Assembly (NCBI GenBank): GCA_963704705.1
Contig: OY969931.1
Span: 810,001 to 842,000 of the forward strand
Direction of reading: 5' to 3'
Length of the DNA stretch: 32,000 nt
Source of the DNA: an uncultured bacterium
Lineage (GTDB): Bacteria > Patescibacteriota > Gracilibacteria > UBA1369 > PNNO01
Part shown: piece by piece, positions 15,715 through 25,226 of the stretch
Layout: each line of letters begins with the position of its first letter
Numbering within the stretch: the stretch's first letter is position 1
Program-made: the position numbers and the translations under genes
The notes under the pieces: model-generated
The model's input: the letters and a program-made list of their open reading frames with translations, nothing else
Database searches by the model: none
What the model was told of the DNA's origin: nothing

Positions 15715-17026
15715 AGTTAAATCAAATTTTGTTTGTGCGCAGTGCGGCTATCAAAGCCCAAAATGGACAGGTAAATGTCCTGACTGTGAAGCCTGGAACT
15801 CATTTAGTGAACAAAAAATTGAATCAAAATCCAGCTCTTCAAAAATCAAGGCACATGCCCGTGAAGTGTCCCCTCTTATTCTTACAGATGTTAAAGAAAA
15901 ACGAATCCCATTAAAAATGGAAGAAATAAATCGCGTACTTGGCGGCGGAATCATGGAGGGCTCGCTAATACTGCTCACCGGCGAACCAGGAATCGGCAAA
16001 TCAACACTTACCTTGCAAATCTGCGACCAGCTAACAGACGGTTCAGCAAAAATTCTATATATTTCAGGAGAAGAATCCCAAAATCAAATCGCGTCGCGTG
16101 CTATACGCCTTGGAATTAAAAGCGAACGCATATCGTTTTTGGCTGAAACAAGCCTCGATACAATAATGGAAACCGTACGCACTTTTAAACCTGACTTTAT
16201 AGTTGTGGACTCGGTTCAGGTTATGCAATCAGCTGATCTCACAAGTTTTGCGGGCAGCATAGGTCAAATACGTTACACTGCAGAACAATTCATGGAGTAC
16301 GCAAAAACACGCAATGTACCGGTTCTTCTTATCGGACATGTTACAAAAGACGGTAATATTGCAGGCCCACGTGTTTTGGAACATTTAGTCGACACTGTAT
16401 TATATTTGGAAGGTGACCGATATAAACAATTCCGCATACTGCGCTCACAAAAAAACCGCTTCGGCTCAACAAACGAGATAGGAATCTTTGAAATGGCAAG
16501 CGACGGCTTAAGAGAAGTTAGCAATCCTTCGGCAGGCTTTTTGGAGGGACGAAAACTTGACGCCATAGGCTCTGCGATAACAGTTACAATGGAAGGAACA
16601 AGACCTCTACTCGTAGAAGTTCAGGCGCTTTCGAACTTAACGCCCTTTGGCTATCCAAAGCGAACATCAACAGGATTTGACGTTAATAGAGCTCAACTTC
16701 TAATTTCTGTTCTTCAAAAGTACGCAAAAATAAATCTTTCAAATCAGGATATTTTCGTTAATGTTGTTGGCGGAATGAGGCTTAAAGATCCCTCTTGTGA
16801 CCTTGGTGTTTTAATGGCGATCGCAAGCAGCTTTCTTCAAAAATCAATACCTTCAGATACGTGCTTCATAGGCGAAGTAGGCCTTTCAGGCGAAATTCGC
16901 ACAGTTGCGAATATCGACAAACGAATTAAAGAAGCAAAAAAACTCGGGTTCAAAAAAGTGATTACCCCTGAGGAAGTCAAAAATATTGTTGATGCAATTA
17001 AAGCACTTGGTAACCGCTTGACTTAA
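15707..17026 (+). CDS. radA: DNA repair protein RadA/Sms
   Basis: 439 aa; CxxC...CxxC zinc finger (CAQCGYQSPKWTGKCPDC), Walker A GEPGIGKST, KNRFGSTNEIGIFEM, C-terminal Lon-like domain. Confidence 0.97.
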   Translation: MAKVKSNFVCAQCGYQSPKWTGKCPDCEAWNSFSEQKIESKSSSSKIKAHAREVSPLILTDVKEKRIPLKMEEINRVLGGGIMEGSLILLTGEPGIGKSTLTLQICDQLTDGSAKILYISGEESQNQIASRAIRLGIKSERISFLAETSLDTIMETVRTFKPDFIVVDSVQVMQSADLTSFAGSIGQIRYTAEQFMEYAKTRNVPVLLIGHVTKDGNIAGPRVLEHLVDTVLYLEGDRYKQFRILRSQKNRFGSTNEIGIFEMASDGLREVSNPSAGFLEGRKLDAIGSAITVTMEGTRPLLVEVQALSNLTPFGYPKRTSTGFDVNRAQLLISVLQKYAKINLSNQDIFVNVVGGMRLKDPSCDLGVLMAIASSFLQKSIPSDTCFIGEVGLSGEIRTVANIDKRIKEAKKLGFKKVITPEEVKNIVDAIKALGNRLT

Positions 17027-17038
17027 TGCTCATTTTAA

Positions 17039-17068
17039 GTATAGTATTGATGTAATTTAATACTATAC
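17039..17068. promoter_or_regulatory. Inverted repeat immediately upstream of the 17073 ORF
   Basis: GTATAGTATT-GATGTAATTT-AATACTATAC, perfect 10-bp arms, 4 nt before the ATG. Confidence 0.55.
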
Positions 17069-17072
17069 ATTT

Positions 17073-17483
17073 ATGAATAATAACAACCCAGAAAAAACAA
17101 GTTCAGGTGCTGAACAATCTCCTGAAGAAATAGGTCGGGAAATTATACAATTATTCAAAGATAATGGTTTTGTTGATTGCAAAAGTGCTGCTGTTACTGA
17201 GGGCGTGATAGCTCTACACAAAGGCTCTTTATTAGTACGCATTGCTCCATGGAAACAAGCATCATCAGGTTGGGAACTTTCTTTTGAACATTGGATGAAT
17301 ATTGCTGAGCCGGATGGATTGATGCTAACAATAAGAAAAAAACTAGGTTTAGAATCCAGGGGTATTTATAATCAGGAAAAAACAAATCCTATCGCAGTAC
17401 TTGAATCGACAGGCAGATTCAAAAAAGGAAAATCTGCAGGAATATGTAGTACAGGACTTACTTTTTCTATTGAAATGGCTTAA
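17073..17483 (+). CDS. Hypothetical protein
   Basis: 136 aa ORF, no family recognised. Confidence 0.6.
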   Translation: MNNNNPEKTSSGAEQSPEEIGREIIQLFKDNGFVDCKSAAVTEGVIALHKGSLLVRIAPWKQASSGWELSFEHWMNIAEPDGLMLTIRKKLGLESRGIYNQEKTNPIAVLESTGRFKKGKSAGICSTGLTFSIEMA

Positions 17484-17739
17484 AACATTCTTTTTTTTCA
17501 ACTGCCTTTCCAATTTCAGTTAATTCTTTCCATGGAACAACCTTAACAGCTACTGTTTTGCTTATATCAGGAGCATTTCCCAAAACTCCAATTGTACCTT
17601 CAACACCTAAATCAATAAATTTTTGAACTGTGCGTTCAATAACAGATTCAACTGGTTCACCAGGAGTAACTCTTGTAACGTCAGATATGACTTCCAAACC
17701 TTCATTCAGAAATCTTTTTGCCATATTTATATTTTCCAT
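17467..17739 (-). CDS. Hypothetical protein
   Basis: 90 aa ORF, convergent and overlapping the 17073 ORF by 17 nt. Confidence 0.6.
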   Translation of the reverse strand: MENINMAKRFLNEGLEVISDVTRVTPGEPVESVIERTVQKFIDLGVEGTIGVLGNAPDISKTVAVKVVPWKELTEIGKAVEKKECFKPFQ

Positions 17740-17755
17740 AAATACTTTTAATTAA

Positions 17756-18013
17756 TTATAAAACTGCTACCCCCAGATCAGTTAAAATATCAATCATTGC
17801 ATGCTTGAATTCCTCTTTTGTAAAACCTTTACGTAATATTACAAACGTGAATTTAAATCCCTTATTAGTTAATTCACAAAATAATTTATCCCGGGTTGAT
17901 GGTCCATCATCCACCTCTATTCTTACGGGATTAGCTCTTAATTTTTCTAATGACTCCATATGTTCTCTAAAAAAGCTGCCGATGTGTGTTTCTGAATAAA
18001 AATTGACTTCCAT
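17756..18013 (-). CDS. Hypothetical protein
   Basis: 85 aa ORF, tight spacing with neighbours. Confidence 0.6.
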   Translation of the reverse strand: MEVNFYSETHIGSFFREHMESLEKLRANPVRIEVDDGPSTRDKLFCELTNKGFKFTFVILRKGFTKEEFKHAMIDILTDLGVAVL

Positions 18014-18014
18014 A

Positions 18015-18251
18015 TTATTTGGATTTATTTCTTATTAATAAAATAAAAAATTTTTTTGGATCATCAATGGCTTCAAAGCAATCTACTATAACCTGCATTC
18101 CGCGTTTTCTAAATATTTCCTGATATTTACTCACCACTTCTTCGGGAGGCTGAAACATACCTTCTTTTGCAACTTGTAAGCTTGCTTCGCCTTGTATTTC
18201 AATCATTCTTTTTACGTATTTAGCTACATTTTCATTTGAATATAAAGACAT
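18015..18251 (-). CDS. Hypothetical protein
   Basis: 78 aa ORF, 1 nt from the next ORF. Confidence 0.6.
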   Translation of the reverse strand: MSLYSNENVAKYVKRMIEIQGEASLQVAKEGMFQPPEEVVSKYQEIFRKRGMQVIVDCFEAIDDPKKFFILLIRNKSK

Positions 18252-18303
18252 TTAAAAAATTTATGGAGTTTATAATAACAAAAACTCCAAAATTGTCAAC
18301 AGC

Positions 18304-19062
18304 TTAAATTTTAAAGAATCGCTCAGCATTCTGCGTTGTGATTTTTGCAACGTCTTCAAAACTCATGCTTTTAAGATAAGCTATTTCATTTGCCACCTCT
18401 TTAACAAAAGCAGGCTCATTTGTTTGCTTTCTGAACTTTTGGGGCGTTAAGTACGGGCAATCCGTCTCAACCATCATTGCATCTGGCGGACACTCGCCTA
18501 CAACTTCTCGCAACATATGAGCATTTGGATAAGTAATATTGCCTGTAAATGAAGTAAAAAATCCAGCCATCCAAACTTCGCGCGCAAATTGCACATTGCT
18601 TCCGAAACAATGAAAAACAACATCTTTAATCCCCTGCTCCTTAAGCACTTGCAGACTATCCTTATCAGCTTCCCTGTTATGAACGATTAACGGCTTATTT
18701 AATTGCTTAGCAAGATCAATATGCTTTATAAAAACCTCTTTTTGGATATCCCGCGGACTGAAATCTCGATAATAATCCAAACCTGTCTCGCCTATCCCAA
18801 CAACTTTTTCATTCTGAGCAAGTTCACATAGATCGCGCCAGATTTGATCAGTCATTTCTTTGGCATCATGTGGATGAAATCCAACAGTCGCATAAACACC
18901 GTCATTTTGCTCGGCAATCTCAATTGCCTGACGCGTTGACTCCAAATCACAGCCAACAACAATCATTTTTGCAACTTTGGCTTCATGGGCACGATGAATT
19001 ACACCTTTTACATCAAGGTTAAGGGGCTTAAACTGAATATGACAATGTGTATCAATTAGCAT
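18304..19062 (-). CDS. tatD: TatD-family hydrolase (metal-dependent DNase)
   Basis: 252 aa; 'MLIDTHCHIQF', 'GLDYYRDFSPRDIQKEVFIKHIDLAKQLNKPLIVHNREA', 'VETDCPYLTPQKFR', 'NAERFF'. Confidence 0.95.
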   Translation of the reverse strand: MLIDTHCHIQFKPLNLDVKGVIHRAHEAKVAKMIVVGCDLESTRQAIEIAEQNDGVYATVGFHPHDAKEMTDQIWRDLCELAQNEKVVGIGETGLDYYRDFSPRDIQKEVFIKHIDLAKQLNKPLIVHNREADKDSLQVLKEQGIKDVVFHCFGSNVQFAREVWMAGFFTSFTGNITYPNAHMLREVVGECPPDAMMVETDCPYLTPQKFRKQTNEPAFVKEVANEIAYLKSMSFEDVAKITTQNAERFFKI

Positions 19063-19101
19063 AAATTTAATGTATCATATTTCTCGCAATAAATTAATGA
19101 T

Positions 19102-21204
19102 ATGAAAGCCAGTATTTTAATTGTACATTTTGGGGACGCAAAGCCGACTTTAAAGTGTATTAAGTCGATTAATAAGTCAGGTGCAAAGGATTATGAAATT
19201 ATATTGGTTGATAATAATTTAACTGACCGCGATCGCGAGAGGTTTAAAAATGTACGATATTTTAAAAGTGACCTGAACAATTACTGTCATGCCTTAAATA
19301 TTGGCTTCAAAAAAGCTAAAAATGACATTGTAGTTGTTCTGAACCCTGACACTGAAGTTCGTAAAGACTGGTTAAAAGAAATTATGCGCCCTTTTTCAAA
19401 CAAAAAAATCGCAGGAGTTTCTTCAAAAATCCTCTTCAAAAAAACAGGTAAAATAAACAGCCTTGGAATCGAAGAAATAAATAATTACTACTACCGAGAT
19501 CTTGCATTCAACGAAGAAGACGATCCTGATCTAAAAATAATAAATATTAAATATGCGAGCGGATGCTCAGTGGCATACAGAAAATCAGCAATTAAAAAAG
19601 TCGGCGGTTTTGATGAAGATTTTGTTATGTACGTTGAAGATGTTGATATGGGAATAAAACTGCGTGAAGCCGGATATCAATTGGTTGTTAATCCTAAAAG
19701 CATTGTTTATCACGCGTATCACGGCACTTCAAAAGGAGCTGATTTACCCTGGTATTTCTGCAACAGAAACCGCTTTTTGATAATCGCAAAATATTATCCT
19801 GAAAAGTTCGCAAAGCAAATTCAAAAATCCCATCCATACATAAATAAACAATTCAATTATCTATATGAATTTATCAAAGTCGGAATTCTAAAATTAATAA
19901 AAGAAGGTAAACATGAAAAATATCTGCCAAAAATACTTGAAGAAGTAAGTGATATTTTTCCGCTTGATAGAGTGCAAAACATGATTAATGAAATCGAACT
20001 TTATCTTAGACTTCGCAAACCGCGAGTATGTTTATACGACCATGCGCTTCACTTTATTGGAGGCGGACAAAAATACGGTGCAACAATTGCAGAAGGCTTG
20101 CAAAAGGATTTTGATGTAACTTTTATTACAAATAAGCCGGTTACAATAAAAAATATTGAAGATTGGTATGACCTTTCGTTATCAAAATGTAAATTAAAAA
20201 TTATTGAGTTGCCAATATGTAAAAAAGAAAAACTCATAAATCCGAGCAAAGCCGAAACAATGGCGGAAAATCCATTTGCTAAAGTTGAAGATGAAGTTTT
20301 AAATTACGATGTTTTGATAAATGTGAATATGGTTCCGCATGTAAATGCTTTGGCACTGAGGAATTTATTTTTATGTCATTTTCCGGATGTAAATCGCTTA
20401 AATCACTTTTATGTCGCTGAATACGATACAATTATCGCAAATTCAAAATATACAGAAGGCTGGATAAAAAAACGCTGGAAACTGGATGCTGATGAAATAG
20501 TTTATCCTCCTGTTGATATGGAATACAAAGGCAAACCCGTTAAAAAAGAAAATATTATTTTAAGTGTTTCACGTTTTGAAGAAACCGGTTCAAAAAAACA
20601 GCTTGAAATGATAAAGGAATTTAAAAAACTTAAGCCTGGTAAAAACTGGAAGCTTATTTTAGCTGGCGGAGCACTCAAAAACAGCAAATATCTTGAAAGA
20701 GTTCGTGAGCTTATTAAAATGCTTGGTGTAAATGCAGAAGTTTATGAAAACATTTCAAACAACGAACTAAAAAAACTATATGCACGAGCCAAAATATTTT
20801 GGCATGCATGCGGGCTTGGAGTTGATGAAGCAAAATATCCTCATTTAATAGAACATTTTGGCATGACCACTGTTGAAGCAATGCAAAACGGCTGCGTGCC
20901 TGTGGTAATAAACGGCGGAGGCCAGCGCGAAATCATTGAACATAGAAAAAACGGCTTTAAATTCAAAAACGAGAAAGAGCTGCGCAAGTGGACCCTTCGG
21001 CTGATAGCTTCAGAAAAATTGCGTGAAGAAATAAGTAAAATGGCGCAAAAAACAGCTAAAAAGTATGCTAAAGCAAACTTCCAGTCACATTTAAATACAT
21101 TAATAAGTTCGCACATACAGCAAATTACGCACAGTAAAAACTTTATTCCGCAGGGGCACGAAGCTTATAAACGAATTACTTCTTCTTCTGAGACAATTTT
21201 TTAA
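19102..21204 (+). CDS. Bifunctional glycosyltransferase: GT2 N-terminal plus GT4 C-terminal domain
   Basis: 700 aa; 'ILIVHFGDAKPTLKCIKSINKS...VDNNLTD...VVLNPDTEV' (GT2) and 'ILSVSRFEETGSKKQLEMIKEFKKL...WHACGLGVDEAKYPHLIEHFGMTTVEAMQNGCVPVVINGGGQREIIEH' (GT4). Confidence 0.9.
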   Translation: MKASILIVHFGDAKPTLKCIKSINKSGAKDYEIILVDNNLTDRDRERFKNVRYFKSDLNNYCHALNIGFKKAKNDIVVVLNPDTEVRKDWLKEIMRPFSNKKIAGVSSKILFKKTGKINSLGIEEINNYYYRDLAFNEEDDPDLKIINIKYASGCSVAYRKSAIKKVGGFDEDFVMYVEDVDMGIKLREAGYQLVVNPKSIVYHAYHGTSKGADLPWYFCNRNRFLIIAKYYPEKFAKQIQKSHPYINKQFNYLYEFIKVGILKLIKEGKHEKYLPKILEEVSDIFPLDRVQNMINEIELYLRLRKPRVCLYDHALHFIGGGQKYGATIAEGLQKDFDVTFITNKPVTIKNIEDWYDLSLSKCKLKIIELPICKKEKLINPSKAETMAENPFAKVEDEVLNYDVLINVNMVPHVNALALRNLFLCHFPDVNRLNHFYVAEYDTIIANSKYTEGWIKKRWKLDADEIVYPPVDMEYKGKPVKKENIILSVSRFEETGSKKQLEMIKEFKKLKPGKNWKLILAGGALKNSKYLERVRELIKMLGVNAEVYENISNNELKKLYARAKIFWHACGLGVDEAKYPHLIEHFGMTTVEAMQNGCVPVVINGGGQREIIEHRKNGFKFKNEKELRKWTLRLIASEKLREEISKMAQKTAKKYAKANFQSHLNTLISSHIQQITHSKNFIPQGHEAYKRITSSSETIF

Positions 21205-21514
21205 TTTCGTTCTCCAGTTTTTCAATATATTTGATTGTTTCTTCATTGAATCTTTCCTGACGTTGCACGATTTCACCAATAAAATACTCGGTTTCGTAAT
21301 AAAACTTATTTTTTGCTTTATCAATAATCTTGCCGGTAACAATTCGCGGCGATTTAAACTTTCTGTAAAACTGCGTTAAATGCGCATTCTCCTTTAAGAG
21401 CTTTGTGCTGCGCTTTTCCCCTACTCTTTTTCGGTGAATCACAGCTATGTCTTTTGACAGCTTTTCTAAAAATTTTAAAATGTTTTTTTTCCGGGTTTCT
21501 GATAGACTGTTCAT
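21176..21514 (-). CDS. Hypothetical protein
   Basis: 112 aa, highly charged; overlaps the 3' end of the preceding gene by 29 nt, convergent. Confidence 0.6.
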   Translation of the reverse strand: MNSLSETRKKNILKFLEKLSKDIAVIHRKRVGEKRSTKLLKENAHLTQFYRKFKSPRIVTGKIIDKAKNKFYYETEYFIGEIVQRQERFNEETIKYIEKLENEIKKLSQKKK

Positions 21515-21536
21515 ACCATTATATTACAACAAGCGC

Positions 21537-22622
21537 GTGAAAATTGGAATTGATGTTACATGCCTTTCAATGCCAAAAACAGGTATCGGCCAGTACCAGT
21601 ACAATTTGCTTAACGCACTTTTAAAAATAGATAAAAAGAACGAATATCATCCTTATGCTTTTAATCTGCGCGATAATGCTAAGTATACTGATATTGATTT
21701 TCCAATTAGGGCGCATAAAATACCGCAGCGTTTAATAACTGCATGGTGGCTTGCTGTCCGATATCCCCGTCTCGAACAAATAACTGATGAATGCGATGTT
21801 TATCAAATAAGCGAGATCTGCCAGCAGCCTACGCGCAAAAAAACAGTGGCTTTTATTCACGATTTAACAACTGTTTTATACCCTGAGTATCATTTGTTTA
21901 AAAATAAATTCTTATATAAACACAGATTCGCGAATATAAAACGGTACGCTGATGTTGTCTTAACGAACTCTGAATATACAAAAAGCGATATTGTGCGGCA
22001 TTTGGGAATCTCGGAGAATATGATTGAAGTTACACCTTTTGGTGTTGAAGAGCGATTTAAGCCAACTAAAGGTTCGCCAATACAGCAGCCATATATTTGT
22101 TATCTCGGAACAATTGAGCCCCGAAAAAACTTAACGAACTTATTTAAGGCTTTTAAACGTCTTAAAGATAATGAAGCTATTCCGCATAAACTGGTTTTAA
22201 TAGGAAAAGACGGATGGTTTTACGAACAAATTTATAAAGAAATGAATAAACTTAATTTACAGGATGATGTAGTGCGTCTCGGCTTTGTTCCAGACAAAGA
22301 TTTGCCTGCTATCTTAAGCGGCGCAGACCTTTTTATATATCCTTCGTTTTATGAAGGATTCGGTTTGCCTGTTCTTGAAGCAATGGCATGCGGTGTGCCA
22401 GTTGTTACATCAAATGTTTCGTCTTTACCTGAAGTTGGCGGAAATGCCGTTAAGTACTGCAATCCAAATTCATTTGAAGATATCAGCGCAAAGATGTTTG
22501 AGTTTATAAAATCTCCTGAAGAAAGAGCGCGATTTAGCGCTTTGGGGCTCGAACGCGCAAAAAACTACACTTGGGAAAAGTGCGCACAAAAACACTTGGA
22601 TGTTTATGAAAGATTGGCCTGA
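21537..22622 (+). CDS. Glycosyltransferase family 4 (mannosyltransferase-like)
   Basis: The track ORF begins at 21447 but homology begins at VKIGIDVTCLSMPKTGIGQYQYNLL (GTG 21537); 'CYLGTIEPRKNLTNLFKAF', 'IYPSFYEGFGLPVLEAMACGVPVVTSNVSSLPEVGG'. Confidence 0.92.
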   Translation: MKIGIDVTCLSMPKTGIGQYQYNLLNALLKIDKKNEYHPYAFNLRDNAKYTDIDFPIRAHKIPQRLITAWWLAVRYPRLEQITDECDVYQISEICQQPTRKKTVAFIHDLTTVLYPEYHLFKNKFLYKHRFANIKRYADVVLTNSEYTKSDIVRHLGISENMIEVTPFGVEERFKPTKGSPIQQPYICYLGTIEPRKNLTNLFKAFKRLKDNEAIPHKLVLIGKDGWFYEQIYKEMNKLNLQDDVVRLGFVPDKDLPAILSGADLFIYPSFYEGFGLPVLEAMACGVPVVTSNVSSLPEVGGNAVKYCNPNSFEDISAKMFEFIKSPEERARFSALGLERAKNYTWEKCAQKHLDVYERLA

Positions 22623-23335
22623 AGATAAGCATCCACCACTTCATCAGTATGCCCTTCTTTAACTATGCGCCCTTTTTGAAGTAAATATGTTTTAGTACAG
22701 AATTGTTTTATTGTATCAAGATCGTGGCTTACAAATATTATGGTTTTTCCGGCAAGTTTTAGTTCTTTGAATGTTTTTAAGCATTTTTTTTGAAAGTCGA
22801 TGTCCCCTACCGCGAGTACTTCATCACATAAATAAATATCCGCATCAACAATACTTGCTATTGAGAATGCTAGACGTACCTGCATCCCGCTTGAAAAGTT
22901 TTTCAACTTCATTTCCATGAAATCTTCAAGTTCAGCAAATTGTACAATTTTTTTATACAGACTATCAATTTGGGGTCTGCTTAAGCCTAAAATAACGCCA
23001 TTCAAATAAACATTCTCTCTTGCTGAAAGCTCTCCGTTAAATCCAATTCCAAGTTCCAAAAAAGGACTAATCAAACCATTGGTTACTATGCGCCCTTTGG
23101 TTGGAGTATAAATATTTGCCATTATTTTTAACAATGTGGACTTGCCGCTTCCATTCTTTCCTATTATTCCAACAAACTCACCTTTATTTACTTCTAAATT
23201 TATATCGTTAAGTGCTTCAAATTTCTCCATATGAACACGGCGATGAAAATTAACGAACTTTTCCTTCAAAGTATCCTGCCTCTCGCGCGGGATATTAAAA
23301 GTTTTGTGAACATTTGTGAGTTTTATCGCTGTCAT
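22604..23335 (-). CDS. Polysaccharide export ABC transporter ATPase (Wzt/TagH-like, without C-terminal glycan-binding domain)
   Basis: 243 aa; Walker A GKNGSGKST, 'FSSGMQVRLAFSIASIVDADIYLCDEVLAVGD'. Confidence 0.93.
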   Translation of the reverse strand: MTAIKLTNVHKTFNIPRERQDTLKEKFVNFHRRVHMEKFEALNDINLEVNKGEFVGIIGKNGSGKSTLLKIMANIYTPTKGRIVTNGLISPFLELGIGFNGELSARENVYLNGVILGLSRPQIDSLYKKIVQFAELEDFMEMKLKNFSSGMQVRLAFSIASIVDADIYLCDEVLAVGDIDFQKKCLKTFKELKLAGKTIIFVSHDLDTIKQFCTKTYLLQKGRIVKEGHTDEVVDAYLQANLS

Positions 23336-23337
23336 AA

Positions 23338-24114
23338 TTATACGTTTTCAGGAATTCGTTTTTCAAACTTCAGGAAAATAAATATACCTAAAATAAGCGT
23401 AACAGTCACCATCAAAAGCAAAGCAACATTTAACTGAAAAGCAGGTATATCATTAAGAATAAAAACCGCTCTTGAATATTCAATTAGTCTTGCCAGCGGA
23501 TTCAAATAAATAAGTCTGTGATAAGCCTCCGGCACCAAAGTTATCGGATATATGATAGGCGTCATCCAAAAACCAATCTGTAAAAGGACTTCCCAAATAT
23601 GGCTGAAATCACGAAACTTAATATACAAAACCGATAAAATCAAAGACACTCCCAGAATCACAAAATAAAGCTCAATCACATAAAATATAAAAAAGAAAAA
23701 GTTCATGCTAAAGCCAACATCACTGAATGCAAGAAACACAAAAAACACGATCATGTTTAGGAGAAACGTGAGAAAACTAGTTAAAGTAGAGGCGATCACA
23801 ATAATAATCCTGGGAAAATAAATCTTGGTTATTAAAGACTGCTTTGTTTCAAAACTTCGCAAGGCAATCGAAGTAGCTTCAGCGAAAAAATTCCAAATCA
23901 CAACACCGAGCAGCAAATAAAGCTGATAATTTTCAACCGGAAACCGCATAAAAATGCTAAAAACAACATAGAGAACAGCAAACAATAAAAGGGGTTTAAT
24001 TAATGTCCAAAAATACCCGAGCAAAGAGTTCTGATAGCGCACCTTAAAGTCGGAAATCGCTATTTCTTTGAGGATTCTTAAATTTTTTTTTGTGAAGAGG
24101 CTTTCTTTTTTCAT
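23338..24114 (-). CDS. Polysaccharide export ABC transporter permease (Wzm/TagG-like)
   Basis: Probable start at the internal ATG 24114 (MKKESLFTKKNLRILKEIAISDFKVRYQNSLLGYFWTLIKPLLLFAVLYVVFS); 'FWMTPIIYPITLVPE...YLNPLARLIEYSR'. Confidence 0.93.
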   Translation of the reverse strand: MKKESLFTKKNLRILKEIAISDFKVRYQNSLLGYFWTLIKPLLLFAVLYVVFSIFMRFPVENYQLYLLLGVVIWNFFAEATSIALRSFETKQSLITKIYFPRIIIVIASTLTSFLTFLLNMIVFFVFLAFSDVGFSMNFFFFIFYVIELYFVILGVSLILSVLYIKFRDFSHIWEVLLQIGFWMTPIIYPITLVPEAYHRLIYLNPLARLIEYSRAVFILNDIPAFQLNVALLLMVTVTLILGIFIFLKFEKRIPENV

Positions 24115-24187
24115 GATGAATTTAATATAGCATAGGCTTAAGGTTTCTGGTAATGTATTTCGGCATATACATATAACAAAACTTGCA

Positions 24188-25204
24188 ATGATTATAGTAA
24201 TGAGAAAGTCGGCTACCAAGGAACAAACCGAGTCGATTATCAAAGAAATTGAAGATAAAGGTTTAAAACCAATGCCGCTTTACGGTACTGAACGTACAGT
24301 TATCGCAGTTATCGGGGATGAACGAATTCTCGATCGTCATCATATGGCTTCAAAACCCGGAGTAAGTGATGTAATGCTTGTTTTGCCGCCTTACAAACTT
24401 GTTTCACGTGAAACAAAACACGAAGATACAATTGTAAAAGTTAGAGACGGCGTTGAAATAGGAGGAAAAGAGATTCAGATTATGGCAGGGCCATGCGCAG
24501 TTGAAAATTATGAGTTTGTTAGCCAGGCAGCTAAAGCAGTTAAAAAAGCAGGTGCAAAAATTTTACGAGGCGGAGCATTCAAACCGAGAACAGGACCATA
24601 TTCGTTTCAGGGTCTGGGTGAAGAAGGTCTTAAAATATTGCAACAGGTTGGAAAAGAAGAAAACATGGCAGTTGTTACAGAGGTTTTGAATACCCGTGAC
24701 TTACCTTTGGTTGTTGAATATGCTGATATTTTGCAAATAGGTGCGCGCAACATGCAAAACTTTAATTTATTGGAAGAAGTGGGAAAAACCAAAAAACCTG
24801 TTTTATTAAAACGCGGATTATCTGCAAAAATCAAAGAATGGTTACTTGCCGCTGAATACATAATGTCGAACGGTAATCCGAATGTAATTTTGTGCGAACG
24901 CGGAATAAGAACTTTTGAAGTTGAAATCAGATCAACTCTTGCTTTGCAATCCGTACCTTTAATTAAAGAACTTTCTCACCTTCCTATTATTGTTGATCCT
25001 TCACATGCAGCAGGAAAACCTTCAATAATTCCTGCAATGTGCAAAGCTGCAATTGCTGCGGGTGCTGATGGATTAATCGTTGAAGTTCACCCAAAACCTG
25101 AAGAAGCTCTTTGCGACGGACAGCAGGCGTTAACTCCTGAAATGTTCTCAGAAATGATGGAACAAATAAAGCCTGTTGCTAAAGCAGTGGGAAAAATCCT
25201 ATAA
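24188..25204 (+). CDS. aroF: 3-deoxy-7-phosphoheptulonate synthase, AroF/Thermotoga type with N-terminal ferredoxin-like domain
   Basis: 338 aa; 'IMAGPCAVENYEF', 'ILRGGAFKPRTGPYSFQGLGEEGL', 'VLLKRGLSAKIKEWLLAAEYIM', 'VIVDPSHAAGK' pattern. Confidence 0.95.
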   Translation: MIIVMRKSATKEQTESIIKEIEDKGLKPMPLYGTERTVIAVIGDERILDRHHMASKPGVSDVMLVLPPYKLVSRETKHEDTIVKVRDGVEIGGKEIQIMAGPCAVENYEFVSQAAKAVKKAGAKILRGGAFKPRTGPYSFQGLGEEGLKILQQVGKEENMAVVTEVLNTRDLPLVVEYADILQIGARNMQNFNLLEEVGKTKKPVLLKRGLSAKIKEWLLAAEYIMSNGNPNVILCERGIRTFEVEIRSTLALQSVPLIKELSHLPIIVDPSHAAGKPSIIPAMCKAAIAAGADGLIVEVHPKPEEALCDGQQALTPEMFSEMMEQIKPVAKAVGKIL

Positions 25205-25226
25205 TGGACTCGTAAACTCGTCTCTG

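Noticed and set aside
15751-16566. Minus-strand ORFs inside radA
   Set aside because: Antisense shadows of a highly conserved gene.
19102-21204. Antisense ORFs 20049-20249, 20502-20687, 20841-21116 in the GT2-GT4 gene
   Set aside because: No independent coding signal; contained in a confidently assigned gene.
21447-21536. N-terminal extension of the GT4 ORF (MSFDSFSKNFKMFFFRVSDRLFIPLYYNKR)
   Set aside because: Overlaps the start of the divergent 112-aa gene and lies outside the homologous part; the GTG at 21537 fits the typical MKIGID start.
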